Shown: one piece after another, positions 22,666 through 32,832 of the stretch
Layout of the letters: each line of letters opens with the position of its first letter
Numbering within the stretch: the stretch's first letter is position 1
Assembly: GCA_902600395.1 (NCBI GenBank)
Contig: CACKJL010000001.1
Coordinates: forward strand, 3,266 to 67,265
DNA: 64,000 bases
Source: an uncultured Prochlorococcus sp.
GTDB taxonomy: Bacteria; Cyanobacteriota; Cyanobacteriia; PCC-6307; Cyanobiaceae
Reading direction: 5' to 3'
Notes under the pieces: model-generated
Told to the model about the DNA's origin: nothing
Seen by the model: only the letters and a program-made list of their open reading frames with translations
Databases searched by the model: none
Program-made: the position numbers and the translations under genes

Positions 22666-23430
22666 TTAGGATTCAGGTCCAAACAAGAAATCAGGTGAGA
22701 TTCCTCCAAAAGTAGTTGTAATATTTTCAGGAGTAAACACTTCAGAGGTCTCGCCATAAGCTACAACAGTTTTATTTATTAAAAGAACTAAATCACAAAA
22801 TTCTCGTACATGAATCATATCGTGAGTGGATAATAATATGGTTTTCCCCTCATTTTTAAATTGAATAAATAATTCCGAGATAAGTTTCTCAGTTCTTATA
22901 TCAACACCGGCAAAAGGCTCATCAAGGAGTAGTATTGAAGCCCTTTGCGCAATTGCTCTAGCTAAAAAAGTTCGTTTTCTCTGACCTCCAGATAAGTTTC
23001 CAATAGGTGTAGACAAATGATCAGTAAGATCAACCCTCTCAATAGCATCTTTAACCGCCTGAACGTCAGACTCTCTAGGACACCTAAAAATATTCATCGA
23101 ACCATATCTTCCCATCATCACTACATCCCAAACATTTATTGGAAATTGACTATCAATTCCCTCACTCTGAGGAACATAAGCAATTGTCTGATCTTTTTGT
23201 GCAGATCTTAAAGACTCTCCATTAATTCTAATTTTTCCCTTTGAAATATTTACAAAGCCAGTTAATGCATTAAAAAAAGTTGTTTTACCAGCCCCGTTCA
23301 TCCCTACTAACCCACAAATCTGGCCAGGTTTCAATCTTAAATTAGCATCATACAAAGCCACCTTACCGTTGTAATCTACGCAAATATTCTCTGCTTCGAT
23401 CCTAAAGTTTTGATAATTGATTGATTCCAT
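22666..23430 (-). CDS. mntA: Metal (Mn/Zn) ABC transporter ATP-binding protein
   Basis: GMNGAGKT, LSGGQ, LLDEPF and STHD motifs. Confidence 0.88.
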   Translation of the reverse strand: MESINYQNFRIEAENICVDYNGKVALYDANLRLKPGQICGLVGMNGAGKTTFFNALTGFVNISKGKIRINGESLRSAQKDQTIAYVPQSEGIDSQFPINVWDVVMMGRYGSMNIFRCPRESDVQAVKDAIERVDLTDHLSTPIGNLSGGQRKRTFLARAIAQRASILLLDEPFAGVDIRTEKLISELFIQFKNEGKTILLSTHDMIHVREFCDLVLLINKTVVAYGETSEVFTPENITTTFGGISPDFLFGPES

Positions 23431-23433
23431 AAT

Positions 23434-24333
23434 TCAAAAAAGGCCTTTTTTAATTAAATCCAAATTATGCTCAAGCATTTTTATATAGGAACTAGCAGGC
23501 CCACTTTTACCCGATAATGAATCAACAAAAAGATTTCCGCCAAAATCAGCCCCAGTTTCGTTTGCAACAACCAATTGAGATTCATTACTTACAGTACTTT
23601 CGCAAAATACAGATGGGACATTTTTTTCTTTAACTATTGAGATTGTTCTTGTCATTCTTTTGGGCGTAATTTGACTCTCGGCATTAACTGGCCATAAATA
23701 AACTTCCTCTAATCCATAATCATTTGTTAAATATGAAAAAGCACCTTCACAACTTACTAGATACCTCCTGTCTTTATTCAAGTTATTAATAAAAAGTGAG
23801 AATTCTTTATCTATTTTAGAGAGTTTATCTTTATAAATTTTTCCATTTTCTTCAAATAATATCCTTTTGGATGGCCTCAATTCTGATAAAGAATCCACCA
23901 GAATATCTACGTATAGGATCCCTCTTTTTGGAGAAATCCAGGCATGAGGATTGGGTTTCCCTTTATAAAAATCTTCACTGATAAAAATAGGATCTAAATC
24001 TTTCGTGACAGTAATTCTTTTAACTTTTAAATTAGAAACAAATTTTTCAGCCCATAATTCAAATCCAAATCCATTATCAATAAAAACAAAAGCACTAGAG
24101 GCATTTACCAAATCGCTCGGAGTTGGTTGGTAGCCATGAACTTCAACTCCTGGTTTCGTTATTGATTTAACAATAAAATCATCTTTTGCAATATTACTAA
24201 TTATGTCCGCCAAAACAGTGAAACTTGCTAGTATAACTTCTTTACTTTCCTTTTTATTTGATATTCTCTTGCATGAGCCTGAAGCAAGAGAAAGCAGAAG
24301 TAACAAACTTAAAATAAGAATTTTTTTTCTCAT
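23434..24333 (-). CDS. mntC: Metal ABC transporter substrate-binding protein (probably Mn2+)
   Basis: Signal peptide ending in Cys; His/His/Glu/Asp ligand set (EVHGY, NPHAW, CEGAF, VDSL). Confidence 0.87.
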   Translation of the reverse strand: MRKKILILSLLLLLSLASGSCKRISNKKESKEVILASFTVLADIISNIAKDDFIVKSITKPGVEVHGYQPTPSDLVNASSAFVFIDNGFGFELWAEKFVSNLKVKRITVTKDLDPIFISEDFYKGKPNPHAWISPKRGILYVDILVDSLSELRPSKRILFEENGKIYKDKLSKIDKEFSLFINNLNKDRRYLVSCEGAFSYLTNDYGLEEVYLWPVNAESQITPKRMTRTISIVKEKNVPSVFCESTVSNESQLVVANETGADFGGNLFVDSLSGKSGPASSYIKMLEHNLDLIKKGLF

Positions 24334-24353
24334 ATTTAAATTTCAAATTTAGA

Positions 24354-25712
24354 TCATGAATTAAAAGATACTTTCATAAGTGGTTTTCTCAGATCAGAAA
24401 TAAATCCTTGCCAATTTATTTTTTCTTTTTCAAAAGCTTTTTCAACAATTTTCTCAGAATTTTTCTTTATAAAATCCAAATCAGGTTCTTCTACTCCTCT
24501 TGTTATTGCCATAAAATCAGCCAAAGAACTTGATACTACTCTTGTTAAATAAGCAGCACTGACAGCCTGAAATGTTCCAGAAACAAGCCAATTTGGTCCA
24601 TGTAATTTTGTTATGCCAATTAGAGTTTGTCCACTCCATTCAATAACTCCCTGAGCAATTGCCGTCTTTAAAATCTCTTTGGAAACTTTATCTAAAATTT
24701 CAGGAGACCAATTACATCCCCATATAGACTTAATTTCTTTAATCATTAATGAATTTAGTACTGTCATTGCCATAACATCAATTGATGGGATAGGAGATAA
24801 GAAAACAGTTGTCGCGACGAGAATTTGATTTTTTCTTTGTATACCTTTTAACTGTATTCTTCTTATCCCTTCAATTTCAGATTGCCAGGCAACATGTAGT
24901 TCTTTCAAGAGCCTTTTTTTTGTATTTTCAATATTTTTAGATGAACTTATGAAAAACTTCCTTAACGAAAAAGGTATATTTGTTATTTCATTCTTATTCA
25001 AATCAAAAGTAATAATTTTATTTACAAAGTCACTTGAAATTTGCGACTTTAGATCTTCTATCTGATTTTTGGCTTCTATTTTGTTGGGAGTTAAAGCCAC
25101 CAACCAGATTGGCATATTTTTAGGAAACTTTTCCAGCCATAAAAAATCATTCGCCGACAAAGGCAAGTTTATAAAATAAAAGATTGCATCACTCTTCAAA
25201 GCTTCTTCTGGAATAACTTGAGAAGAATTGTATTTAGGCAGTTTTTCGTATAAATCAAAGTCAAACTTATCTACCTTAAAATGACCTTCTAAAACAGACA
25301 GACAACTTTGATAATCTTTTTGTCCAATGCAACTTATTTTTTCTTTTTCAAATCTATTAAGAATCGATTCAAGTGTTTTTTGTCTTTTTGAATTCTGTTT
25401 TTCTAATTCATTTGTTGCTTCAAATTCTTCAAAAAAATTTAAATCTTCATTACATAGATTTATCCAACCGTCTAAATTATTTGGCTCATTAAATTTAGGC
25501 TTATCATTCTTCAAGTAAAAATATCCCCCCAAACACAACGCAAAAAATCCTATTGAGCCTCCTGCGAAATGAATTAGGTCACTGACGAACCATTCCCCAA
25601 AACCTAACATTAATAGAATAATAATAAGATTTTTTTTCGGAAACTTTATGAAATCCTTTAAAAGGTTCTCTTTACTAATATCAAACACAATACTTTGTTT
25701 TTCTAAATTCAT
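24354..25712 (-). CDS. YcjF/DUF697-family membrane protein
   Basis: C-terminal SPIPSIDV..M...M and QAVSAAYLTR; ATG at 25712 preferred. Confidence 0.75.
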   Translation of the reverse strand: MNLEKQSIVFDISKENLLKDFIKFPKKNLIIILLMLGFGEWFVSDLIHFAGGSIGFFALCLGGYFYLKNDKPKFNEPNNLDGWINLCNEDLNFFEEFEATNELEKQNSKRQKTLESILNRFEKEKISCIGQKDYQSCLSVLEGHFKVDKFDFDLYEKLPKYNSSQVIPEEALKSDAIFYFINLPLSANDFLWLEKFPKNMPIWLVALTPNKIEAKNQIEDLKSQISSDFVNKIITFDLNKNEITNIPFSLRKFFISSSKNIENTKKRLLKELHVAWQSEIEGIRRIQLKGIQRKNQILVATTVFLSPIPSIDVMAMTVLNSLMIKEIKSIWGCNWSPEILDKVSKEILKTAIAQGVIEWSGQTLIGITKLHGPNWLVSGTFQAVSAAYLTRVVSSSLADFMAITRGVEEPDLDFIKKNSEKIVEKAFEKEKINWQGFISDLRKPLMKVSFNS

Positions 25713-25853
25713 TTTAATGCAAGTTATGAATGAGAAAAGCAAAATTTCATAAGTCGTTAATCAAAAGATAAAAAATTAAGGCTTTTCAAAAGACTTATTG
25801 CATAACAAGATGCTAAGTTAATAGACTATTTAAATAACTTAAGAAACATCAAG

Positions 25854-26270
25854 ATGTCTAATTCAAATTTCAGCAATAATCCTGGACAAGAAAATTATAG
25901 AGGTCGTTCTAACAATGAAAGATCTAATTTCAGAGATAGATCGGGCGGCAGAAGAGATGGAGGAGGATTCCGCATAAGATTGAGTGATAACGAAATGAAA
26001 GCTGTTAAATCAATACAAGAGGTCTTTCAATTGAGATCTACCGTAGCAGTTCTCGGTTTCTCTGTTAGAACACTTAGCGAAATGATCAAAGACGAAAAAT
26101 TGATTGAATCAATCACAGAATATGCAAAAAATAATAAAAACTCTTCTCCGAATAGACAATCACAAAATTCTTATGAAGAAAAAACAGCACCTGACCCTTT
26201 TGCAAGACCTGTAAAAAGTACATCTACTGAAGAGATCCAACCTAGCGAAGTAGAAGAGGATGGCAAATAA
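25854..26270 (+). CDS. Conserved hypothetical protein, Arg/Gly-rich N-terminus and RHH-like core
   Basis: 138-aa ORF overlapping the trpS start; core GGFRIRLSDNEMKAV... Confidence 0.8.
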   Translation: MSNSNFSNNPGQENYRGRSNNERSNFRDRSGGRRDGGGFRIRLSDNEMKAVKSIQEVFQLRSTVAVLGFSVRTLSEMIKDEKLIESITEYAKNNKNSSPNRQSQNSYEEKTAPDPFARPVKSTSTEEIQPSEVEEDGK

Positions 26271-27276
26271 AAAAAGAATTCTTTCTGGAGTTCAACCAAC
26301 TGGTGATTTACATATTGGGAATTGGCTTGGGGCCATAAATAATTGGGTTACGCTTCAAGAGCAATATGAAACATTTCTATGTGTAGTTGATTTGCACGCA
26401 ATCACAGCTTCATATAATCCCAAAGAATTGTCTCAAAACACTATCTCTACTGCAGCTTTGTACGTCGCTTGTGGAATAGATCCCAATATATGCTCAATTT
26501 TTGTCCAAAGTCAGATTTCTGCACATTCAGAACTTTGTTGGATATTAAATTGCATGACCCCAATAAATTGGATGGAAAGAATGATTCAATTCAAAGAAAA
26601 ATCCATACAACAGGGGAATAATGTATCCATTGGATTATTTGACTATCCGATCCTAATGGCGGCAGACATTCTTCTATATGAAGCTGACTTTGTACCAGTA
26701 GGTGAGGATCAAAAACAACATCTTGAACTTGCCAGAGATATTGCACAACAGAGAATTAATGCCAGATTTAGTAAGGACAAAAATATTTTAAAAATCCCTC
26801 AACCAATAATCATGAAGAGTGGATCAAAAATAATGAGTTTAATTGATGGTTCAAAAAAGATGAGCAAAAGTGATCCTAATGAAGGCAGTCGTATTAACTT
26901 ATTAGATGCTCCTGAAGTAATAACGAAAAAAATAAAAAGAGCAAAAAGTGACAGTTTTATAGGAATTGAATTTAACAACCCTGAGAGACCAGAATCTAAA
27001 AATCTTTTGATGATTTATTCAATATTATCTGGCAAAGAGATTTCTCAATGTGAAAATGATTTCTCAGAGACTGGATGGGGGACATTTAAAAAATTAATTA
27101 CAGAACAACTTATTGAATCACTAGAACCTATTCAGAAAAAATATAAATTATTAATTAATGATCCCTATCAATTAAATAAAATCCTTGATGAAGGGAGGGA
27201 AAAAGCTGAAGATTTAGCAAATCAGACTTTAAAAAGAGTTAAATCAAAATTAGGATTCTTTAAAATGGAGAAATAA
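26260..27276 (+). CDS. trpS: Tryptophan--tRNA ligase
   Basis: SGVQPTG.LHIGN, YPILMAADIL, VPVGEDQ and KMSKS motifs. Confidence 0.97.
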   Translation: MANKKRILSGVQPTGDLHIGNWLGAINNWVTLQEQYETFLCVVDLHAITASYNPKELSQNTISTAALYVACGIDPNICSIFVQSQISAHSELCWILNCMTPINWMERMIQFKEKSIQQGNNVSIGLFDYPILMAADILLYEADFVPVGEDQKQHLELARDIAQQRINARFSKDKNILKIPQPIIMKSGSKIMSLIDGSKKMSKSDPNEGSRINLLDAPEVITKKIKRAKSDSFIGIEFNNPERPESKNLLMIYSILSGKEISQCENDFSETGWGTFKKLITEQLIESLEPIQKKYKLLINDPYQLNKILDEGREKAEDLANQTLKRVKSKLGFFKMEK

Positions 27277-27279
27277 AGT

Positions 27280-29196
27280 ATGCCAATAATTACCTTACCT
27301 GATGGTTCAAAAAAGGTTTTCGAAAAATCTGTAACTATTCTAGAAATTGCCCAGAGTATAGGCGCTGGATTAGCTAAAGCAACAATTGCAGGGAAAGTAA
27401 ATGATGTTCTTCTTGATGCAACTATTCCTATAAGTAGAGATTCCAAAGTTGTAATTATCACATCAAAAGATAAAGAAGGAATTGAAATAATAAGACATTC
27501 ATTTGCTCACCTTATTGGTCATGCAGTTAAACAAATTTACTCTGATATTAAGATGGCGATTGGTCCTGTTATTGAAGATGGTTTTTATTATGATATTTTT
27601 TCTGAATATAGATTTACTCCTGAAGATTTAATAAAAATCGAAAACAGAATAAATAAATTAATAAGAACGAACTATGACGTTGAAATATTACAAGTTTCTA
27701 AAGAAGATGCAATTAAAACTTTTAAAGAAAGAGATGAGACTTTTAAATTAAGAATTATTGAAGAAATTCCTGAAGAAGGGCTTATAAATTTGTACAAACA
27801 CGAAGAATATATCGATATGTGTAGAGGGCCTCACGTACCCAATACTAGACATTTGAGACACTTTAAATTACTTAAATTATCAGGTTCATACTGGAGAGGT
27901 AATAGTGAGAATGAATCATTACAGAGAATATATGGAACTGCATGGGCAAAAGAAAAAGAACTCAAAGATTATTTAACAAGAATTGAAGAAGCGGAAAAAA
28001 GAGATCATAGAAAACTTGGTAAAAAACATTCACTATTTCATATACAAGAAGAATCTCCAGGAATGATTTTTTGGCATCCAAATGGATGGACAATTTACCA
28101 AGTACTGGAAAAGTACATAAGAGAAATACTCAAAAAAAATGATTATTTAGAAATCAAAACCCCACAAGCTGTTGATAAATCTCTTTGGGAAAAATCCGGT
28201 CATTGGGAAAAATTTAGAGACGATATGTTCACTACAGCATCAGAAAATCGAACATATGCAATTAAACCAATGAATTGTCCATGCCATATACAAGTTTTTA
28301 ATCAAGGTTTAAAAAGTTATAAAGATTTACCTATTCGCCTTGCTGAATTTGGTTCTTGTCACAGAAATGAACCTTCTGGTGCACTGCATGGCTTAATGAG
28401 AGTAAGAAACTTTACTCAAGATGATGCACACATATTCTGCACAGAAGAGCAAATTCAAGAGGAGGTATCAACTTTTATAGATCTTGTTTTCGAGGTTTAT
28501 AAAACTTTTGGTTTTGATGAAATCATTATCAAATTATCAACCCGTCCTGAAAAAAGGGTAGGTAGTGAAGAGATTTGGGATAAATCAGAGGAGGCTCTTA
28601 CCAAAGCTCTCGATAATAAGAACCTAAAATGGGAACTCCAACCAGGAGAAGGGGCTTTTTATGGTCCAAAAATAGAATTCTCCTTAAAAGATTGTCTTAA
28701 TAGAGTCTGGCAATGCGGCACTATTCAGGTTGATTTCTCAATGCCTATTAGATTGGATGCAACTTATGTAGATATTGATAATGAGAAAAGAAATCCAGTT
28801 ATGCTTCATAGAGCAATTTTAGGATCCTTTGAGAGATTTATAGGAATCTTAATTGAACAATATGAGGCAAAATTCCCAATTTGGCTTGCACCTTATCAAA
28901 TAATTTTATTGAGCATTACAGATAGAAATATTGAAAAGTGTTCAAAGTTTAATGAATTAATAAATAATAATGGTTACCGATCAAAAGTTGATGTTAGGAA
29001 TGAAAAAATAGGATATAAAATAAGAGAGGCAACTCTCGGGAGAGTTCCTTTAATTGCAGTTATTGGAGATAAAGAAGAGGAAATTGATTCAGTCGCTTTA
29101 AGAGCTTTAGATGGAACAAACTTAGGAATTTTCGACCTACCTAATCTATACAAATTAATGAATGAATTAATAGAAAAAAAAGGGAGAACAAAATAG
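27280..29196 (+). CDS. thrS: Threonine--tRNA ligase (TGS-containing, gammaproteobacterial-like)
   Basis: [36 protein letters not shown] and HRAILGS motifs. Confidence 0.97.
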   Translation: MPIITLPDGSKKVFEKSVTILEIAQSIGAGLAKATIAGKVNDVLLDATIPISRDSKVVIITSKDKEGIEIIRHSFAHLIGHAVKQIYSDIKMAIGPVIEDGFYYDIFSEYRFTPEDLIKIENRINKLIRTNYDVEILQVSKEDAIKTFKERDETFKLRIIEEIPEEGLINLYKHEEYIDMCRGPHVPNTRHLRHFKLLKLSGSYWRGNSENESLQRIYGTAWAKEKELKDYLTRIEEAEKRDHRKLGKKHSLFHIQEESPGMIFWHPNGWTIYQVLEKYIREILKKNDYLEIKTPQAVDKSLWEKSGHWEKFRDDMFTTASENRTYAIKPMNCPCHIQVFNQGLKSYKDLPIRLAEFGSCHRNEPSGALHGLMRVRNFTQDDAHIFCTEEQIQEEVSTFIDLVFEVYKTFGFDEIIIKLSTRPEKRVGSEEIWDKSEEALTKALDNKNLKWELQPGEGAFYGPKIEFSLKDCLNRVWQCGTIQVDFSMPIRLDATYVDIDNEKRNPVMLHRAILGSFERFIGILIEQYEAKFPIWLAPYQIILLSITDRNIEKCSKFNELINNNGYRSKVDVRNEKIGYKIREATLGRVPLIAVIGDKEEEIDSVALRALDGTNLGIFDLPNLYKLMNELIEKKGRTK

Positions 29197-29206
29197 TTTC
29201 GAATAG

Positions 29207-30241
29207 ATGAATTTTCTGGCTTGTGATTTAGGAGGTACCAAGGTTTTATTGGGAATATTCGAAAGAGTAATAAATGATGATTCGCCTAAATTGTTATTCA
29301 AAAAGAAATATATATCTTCTGATTGGAATTCTTTTGAACTTATTCTAGAAGATTTTCTTAAAAATGAATGCAAAAATATTAATCATCCTTCTTCTGCATG
29401 TTTCGCCGTAGCTGGCCCTTTATCTAACAACAACGCAAAAATCATTAACTTGTCATGGAACATTTCTGGAAATGCTTTACAGAGGAAATTTAATTTTAAA
29501 AGCTGCGAGCTAATAAATGATTTCGCTGTACAGATTTATGGAATACCTTTTTTAAAAAAAAATCAATACTCCACTATCCAAAATGGATCCAATTCTGAAG
29601 GTGCCAATAATGATTTGCATACCATTGTTGGAGCTGGAACTGGCTTGGGGATTTCGAGAGGACTAATATCAGGGAAAAAGGTAAAAGTTTTAGCTAGTGA
29701 AGGTGGTCATGTTGAGTTCTCCCCAAAGTCAATATTAGAATGGGAATTGAAAATTTGGCTTAAGAATTACCTAAAAGTTGAAAGGATATCTTGTGAAAGA
29801 ATTATTAGCGGCACAGGTTTATCAAGAATTGCCGAATGGCGACTAAGCAAACCTGATGCCCAAAACCATCCTCTACAACAATATTTAAAAAAAATTAAAA
29901 TTTTTGATACTGCGAGAAAAGAACTACCTGAAAAAATTTGCAACCTCTCTAAAGAAGGGGATCAGCTAATGATTGAAGTTGAGAGGATTTGGTTAGGCGC
30001 TTATGCCTCTTTATTGGGAGATGTTGCTCTTCAAGAATTGTGTTTTGGCGGGTTATGGATTTCTGGAGGAACAGCATCAAAACATTTCAAAAACTTTAAA
30101 TCAGATTTATTTTTAAAACAATTTTTCGACAAGGGAAGATTAAAAGATATTCTTAAAACAATACCTGTGAAAGTTATTTTAGATGAAGAGTTTGGACTTT
30201 TTAGTGCAGCCTGCAGAGCCAAAATGCTTTTAAAAACTTAA
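29207..30241 (+). CDS. glk: Glucokinase
   Basis: DLGGT, AVAGP, LINDF, GAGTGLG and SEGGH motifs. Confidence 0.92.
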   Translation: MNFLACDLGGTKVLLGIFERVINDDSPKLLFKKKYISSDWNSFELILEDFLKNECKNINHPSSACFAVAGPLSNNNAKIINLSWNISGNALQRKFNFKSCELINDFAVQIYGIPFLKKNQYSTIQNGSNSEGANNDLHTIVGAGTGLGISRGLISGKKVKVLASEGGHVEFSPKSILEWELKIWLKNYLKVERISCERIISGTGLSRIAEWRLSKPDAQNHPLQQYLKKIKIFDTARKELPEKICNLSKEGDQLMIEVERIWLGAYASLLGDVALQELCFGGLWISGGTASKHFKNFKSDLFLKQFFDKGRLKDILKTIPVKVILDEEFGLFSAACRAKMLLKT

Positions 30242-30250
30242 AAACAAAAA

Positions 30251-31198
30251 ATGTCTATTCCTGAAGTAGGTAAAAAAATAAGGGTAACAGTGCCTTCCAC
30301 AACTGCAAATTTAGGGCCTGGATTCGATTGTCTTGGAGCAGCATTAGATTTGTATAATGAGTTTATTTTTACAAGAATTGAAGGTGGTGGAGATAGATTT
30401 GATTTAATAATGGAAAGTACAGATGGGAATCATTTAAGAGGAGGACCTGAAAACTTAGTTTTTAGAGCAGCTCAGAAAGTATGGGAAAGCGCAAATATGG
30501 ATCCTTTTGCACTTGAAGCAAGAGTTAAGTTGGCAGTACCACCTGCACGCGGGCTTGGAAGTAGTGCTACAGCAATAGTTGCTGGATTAATCGGAGCAAA
30601 TGCAATAATGAACTCTCCATTGTCCAAAGAAAAACTTCTTGAACTTGCTATTGATATAGAAGGTCATCCTGATAATGTGGTTCCCTCTCTTCTGGGTGGG
30701 CTTTGTTTGACAGCCAGGTCTTCTTCTCAAAGATGGAGAATCATTAGATGTGATTGGCACGATTCAATTAAAGCTGTTGTGGCGATACCTGCAATTCGTC
30801 TAAGCACAAGTGAAGCAAGAAAGGTTATGCCCAAGAATGTACCTATATCTGATGCAGTGACAAATATGGGGGCACTTACTTTGTTATTAAATGGCTTAAA
30901 AGCAGGTAATGCGGAACTTATAAAAGAGGGAATGTTTGATAAGCTACATGAACCCTATAGATGGAAACTTATTAAGGGTGGATTAGAAGTTAAAGATGCC
31001 GCACTAAATGCAGGCGCTCTAGGATGCGCAATTAGTGGGGCTGGGCCAAGTATCTTAGCTTTGTGTAAAAAAGAAAATGGTAAAAACGTCAGTCAAGCCA
31101 TGGTGAAAGCATGGGAGAAATCAGGTGTAGCGAGTAGAGCACCGTTCTTAAACGTTCAAACAACGGGTAGCCAATCTAGCACTATCTCCGGTAAGTAG
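30251..31198 (+). CDS. thrB: Homoserine kinase
   Basis: PSTTANLGPGFD, PPARGLGSSA, EGHPDN and ISGAGPS motifs. Confidence 0.96.
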   Translation: MSIPEVGKKIRVTVPSTTANLGPGFDCLGAALDLYNEFIFTRIEGGGDRFDLIMESTDGNHLRGGPENLVFRAAQKVWESANMDPFALEARVKLAVPPARGLGSSATAIVAGLIGANAIMNSPLSKEKLLELAIDIEGHPDNVVPSLLGGLCLTARSSSQRWRIIRCDWHDSIKAVVAIPAIRLSTSEARKVMPKNVPISDAVTNMGALTLLLNGLKAGNAELIKEGMFDKLHEPYRWKLIKGGLEVKDAALNAGALGCAISGAGPSILALCKKENGKNVSQAMVKAWEKSGVASRAPFLNVQTTGSQSSTISGK

Positions 31199-31218
31199 TT
31201 TTACTTAGACATTTTTAA

Positions 31219-31227
31219 TGTTATAGT
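31219..31227 (+). promoter_or_regulatory. Candidate extended -10 element upstream of ndhD
   Basis: TG-T-TATAGT about 50 nt upstream of the ndhD ATG. Confidence 0.35.
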
Positions 31228-31277
31228 CTCAAGCTAGAACAACTTCAACTAGAATAAAAAAATTATTCATTACATAA

Positions 31278-32819
31278 ATGAATTTAGAATCTTTTCCTTG
31301 GCTATCTTCTATTGTTTTACTGCCTTTAATTGGGGCATTAATAATGCCTTTCTTGAGTTCAAAAGAAGGAGAAGATAATACACTCCCAAGAAATTTCTCA
31401 TTAAGTTTTTTGTTTATAGATTTTTTACTAATAATCGGGGTCCTTTTTCAGAAATTCAATACTTCAGATAGCTCTTTGCAACTGGTAGAAAGAGCTTCCT
31501 GGTTACCCTCAATAGGCTTAGAGTGGTCTCTCGGTGTAGACGGGTTATCTGCTCCTTTAGTCGCTTTGAGTGGATTAATTACATTTTTATCAGCTGCGGC
31601 AAGTTGGAAAATTAAAAAGAAATCTAATCTATATTTTGCTCTTTTATTAGTGCAAGCCTCAGCACAAGCATTAGTTTTCCTTTCTCAAGATTTCCTATTG
31701 TTTTTCTTGGCATGGGAACTTGAATTGGTTCCGGTATATCTTCTTATTGCTATTTGGGGAGGGAAGAAGAAATTATATGCGGCCACAAAATTTATTCTTT
31801 ATACAGCTTTAGCTTCTCTATTAATACTGATAAGTGGTCTAGCACTCGCTTTGAATGGTGATACTTTTACTTTAAATATTACCGATTTAACCAATAAACA
31901 TGTAACAGGGAGCCTAGCTTTATTATCTTATTTAGGATTTTTAATTGGTTTTGGAGTAAAACTTCCTATCTTTCCATTGCATACTTGGTTGCCCGATGCA
32001 CATGGAGAAGCTAATGCTCCAGTTTCAATGTTACTCGCTGGAATACTCTTAAAAATGGGAGGTTATGCCCTCTTAAGATTCAATGTTCAAATATTACCTG
32101 AAGTACATCTTCAAATTGCACCTGCTTTAATTATTCTTGGAATCATTAATATAATTTACGGAGCTCTAAATGCATTTGCCCAAGATAATGTTAAAAGGAG
32201 AATTGCATGTAGCTCTGTGAGTCATATGGGTTTTGTTCTATTAGGGATTGGAGCAGTAGATGCTTTAGGTATAAGCGGAGCGATGCTCCAAATGATTAGT
32301 CACGGACTTATAGCTGCAGCTATGTTTTTTGTTACGGGTTCATTCTATGAAAGAACAAATACTCTTTCAATACCAAATATGGGCGGTTTGGCAAAGGTCT
32401 TGCCAATAACTTTTGCTTTTTTCTTGACAAGTTCCTTGGCCTCTCTAGCCCTGCCCGGGATGAGCGGATTTATAAGTGAAATAACTGTATTTTTAGGAAT
32501 CACTAGCCAAGAAGGGTTCAGCTCTATATTTAGATCGATAACTATTCTTATTTCAGCTATAGGTTTAGTTCTAACACCAATATATCTACTATCAATGTGT
32601 AGAAGAGTATTCTTTGGCCCTAGAATTCCTGCACTAGCTACAGTTAAAGAGATGAATGGTCGAGAATTGACGATTGGGTTCAGCTTATTGTTGCCTACTT
32701 TGGTGATAGGTTTTTGGCCAAAAATCGCAATTAATTTATATGAATCTTCAACAAATGCTCTCAGTCAGCAGCTCACTCTAGCTAAGTTAGTTGGGTTAAT
32801 ACCAACTTTAGTTAATTAG
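31278..32819 (+). CDS. ndhD: NAD(P)H-quinone oxidoreductase subunit 4 (NdhD paralog)
   Basis: [28 protein letters not shown] and SHMG motifs; polytopic membrane protein. Confidence 0.95.
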   Translation: MNLESFPWLSSIVLLPLIGALIMPFLSSKEGEDNTLPRNFSLSFLFIDFLLIIGVLFQKFNTSDSSLQLVERASWLPSIGLEWSLGVDGLSAPLVALSGLITFLSAAASWKIKKKSNLYFALLLVQASAQALVFLSQDFLLFFLAWELELVPVYLLIAIWGGKKKLYAATKFILYTALASLLILISGLALALNGDTFTLNITDLTNKHVTGSLALLSYLGFLIGFGVKLPIFPLHTWLPDAHGEANAPVSMLLAGILLKMGGYALLRFNVQILPEVHLQIAPALIILGIINIIYGALNAFAQDNVKRRIACSSVSHMGFVLLGIGAVDALGISGAMLQMISHGLIAAAMFFVTGSFYERTNTLSIPNMGGLAKVLPITFAFFLTSSLASLALPGMSGFISEITVFLGITSQEGFSSIFRSITILISAIGLVLTPIYLLSMCRRVFFGPRIPALATVKEMNGRELTIGFSLLLPTLVIGFWPKIAINLYESSTNALSQQLTLAKLVGLIPTLVN

Positions 32820-32832
32820 ATTATTTTAATAG

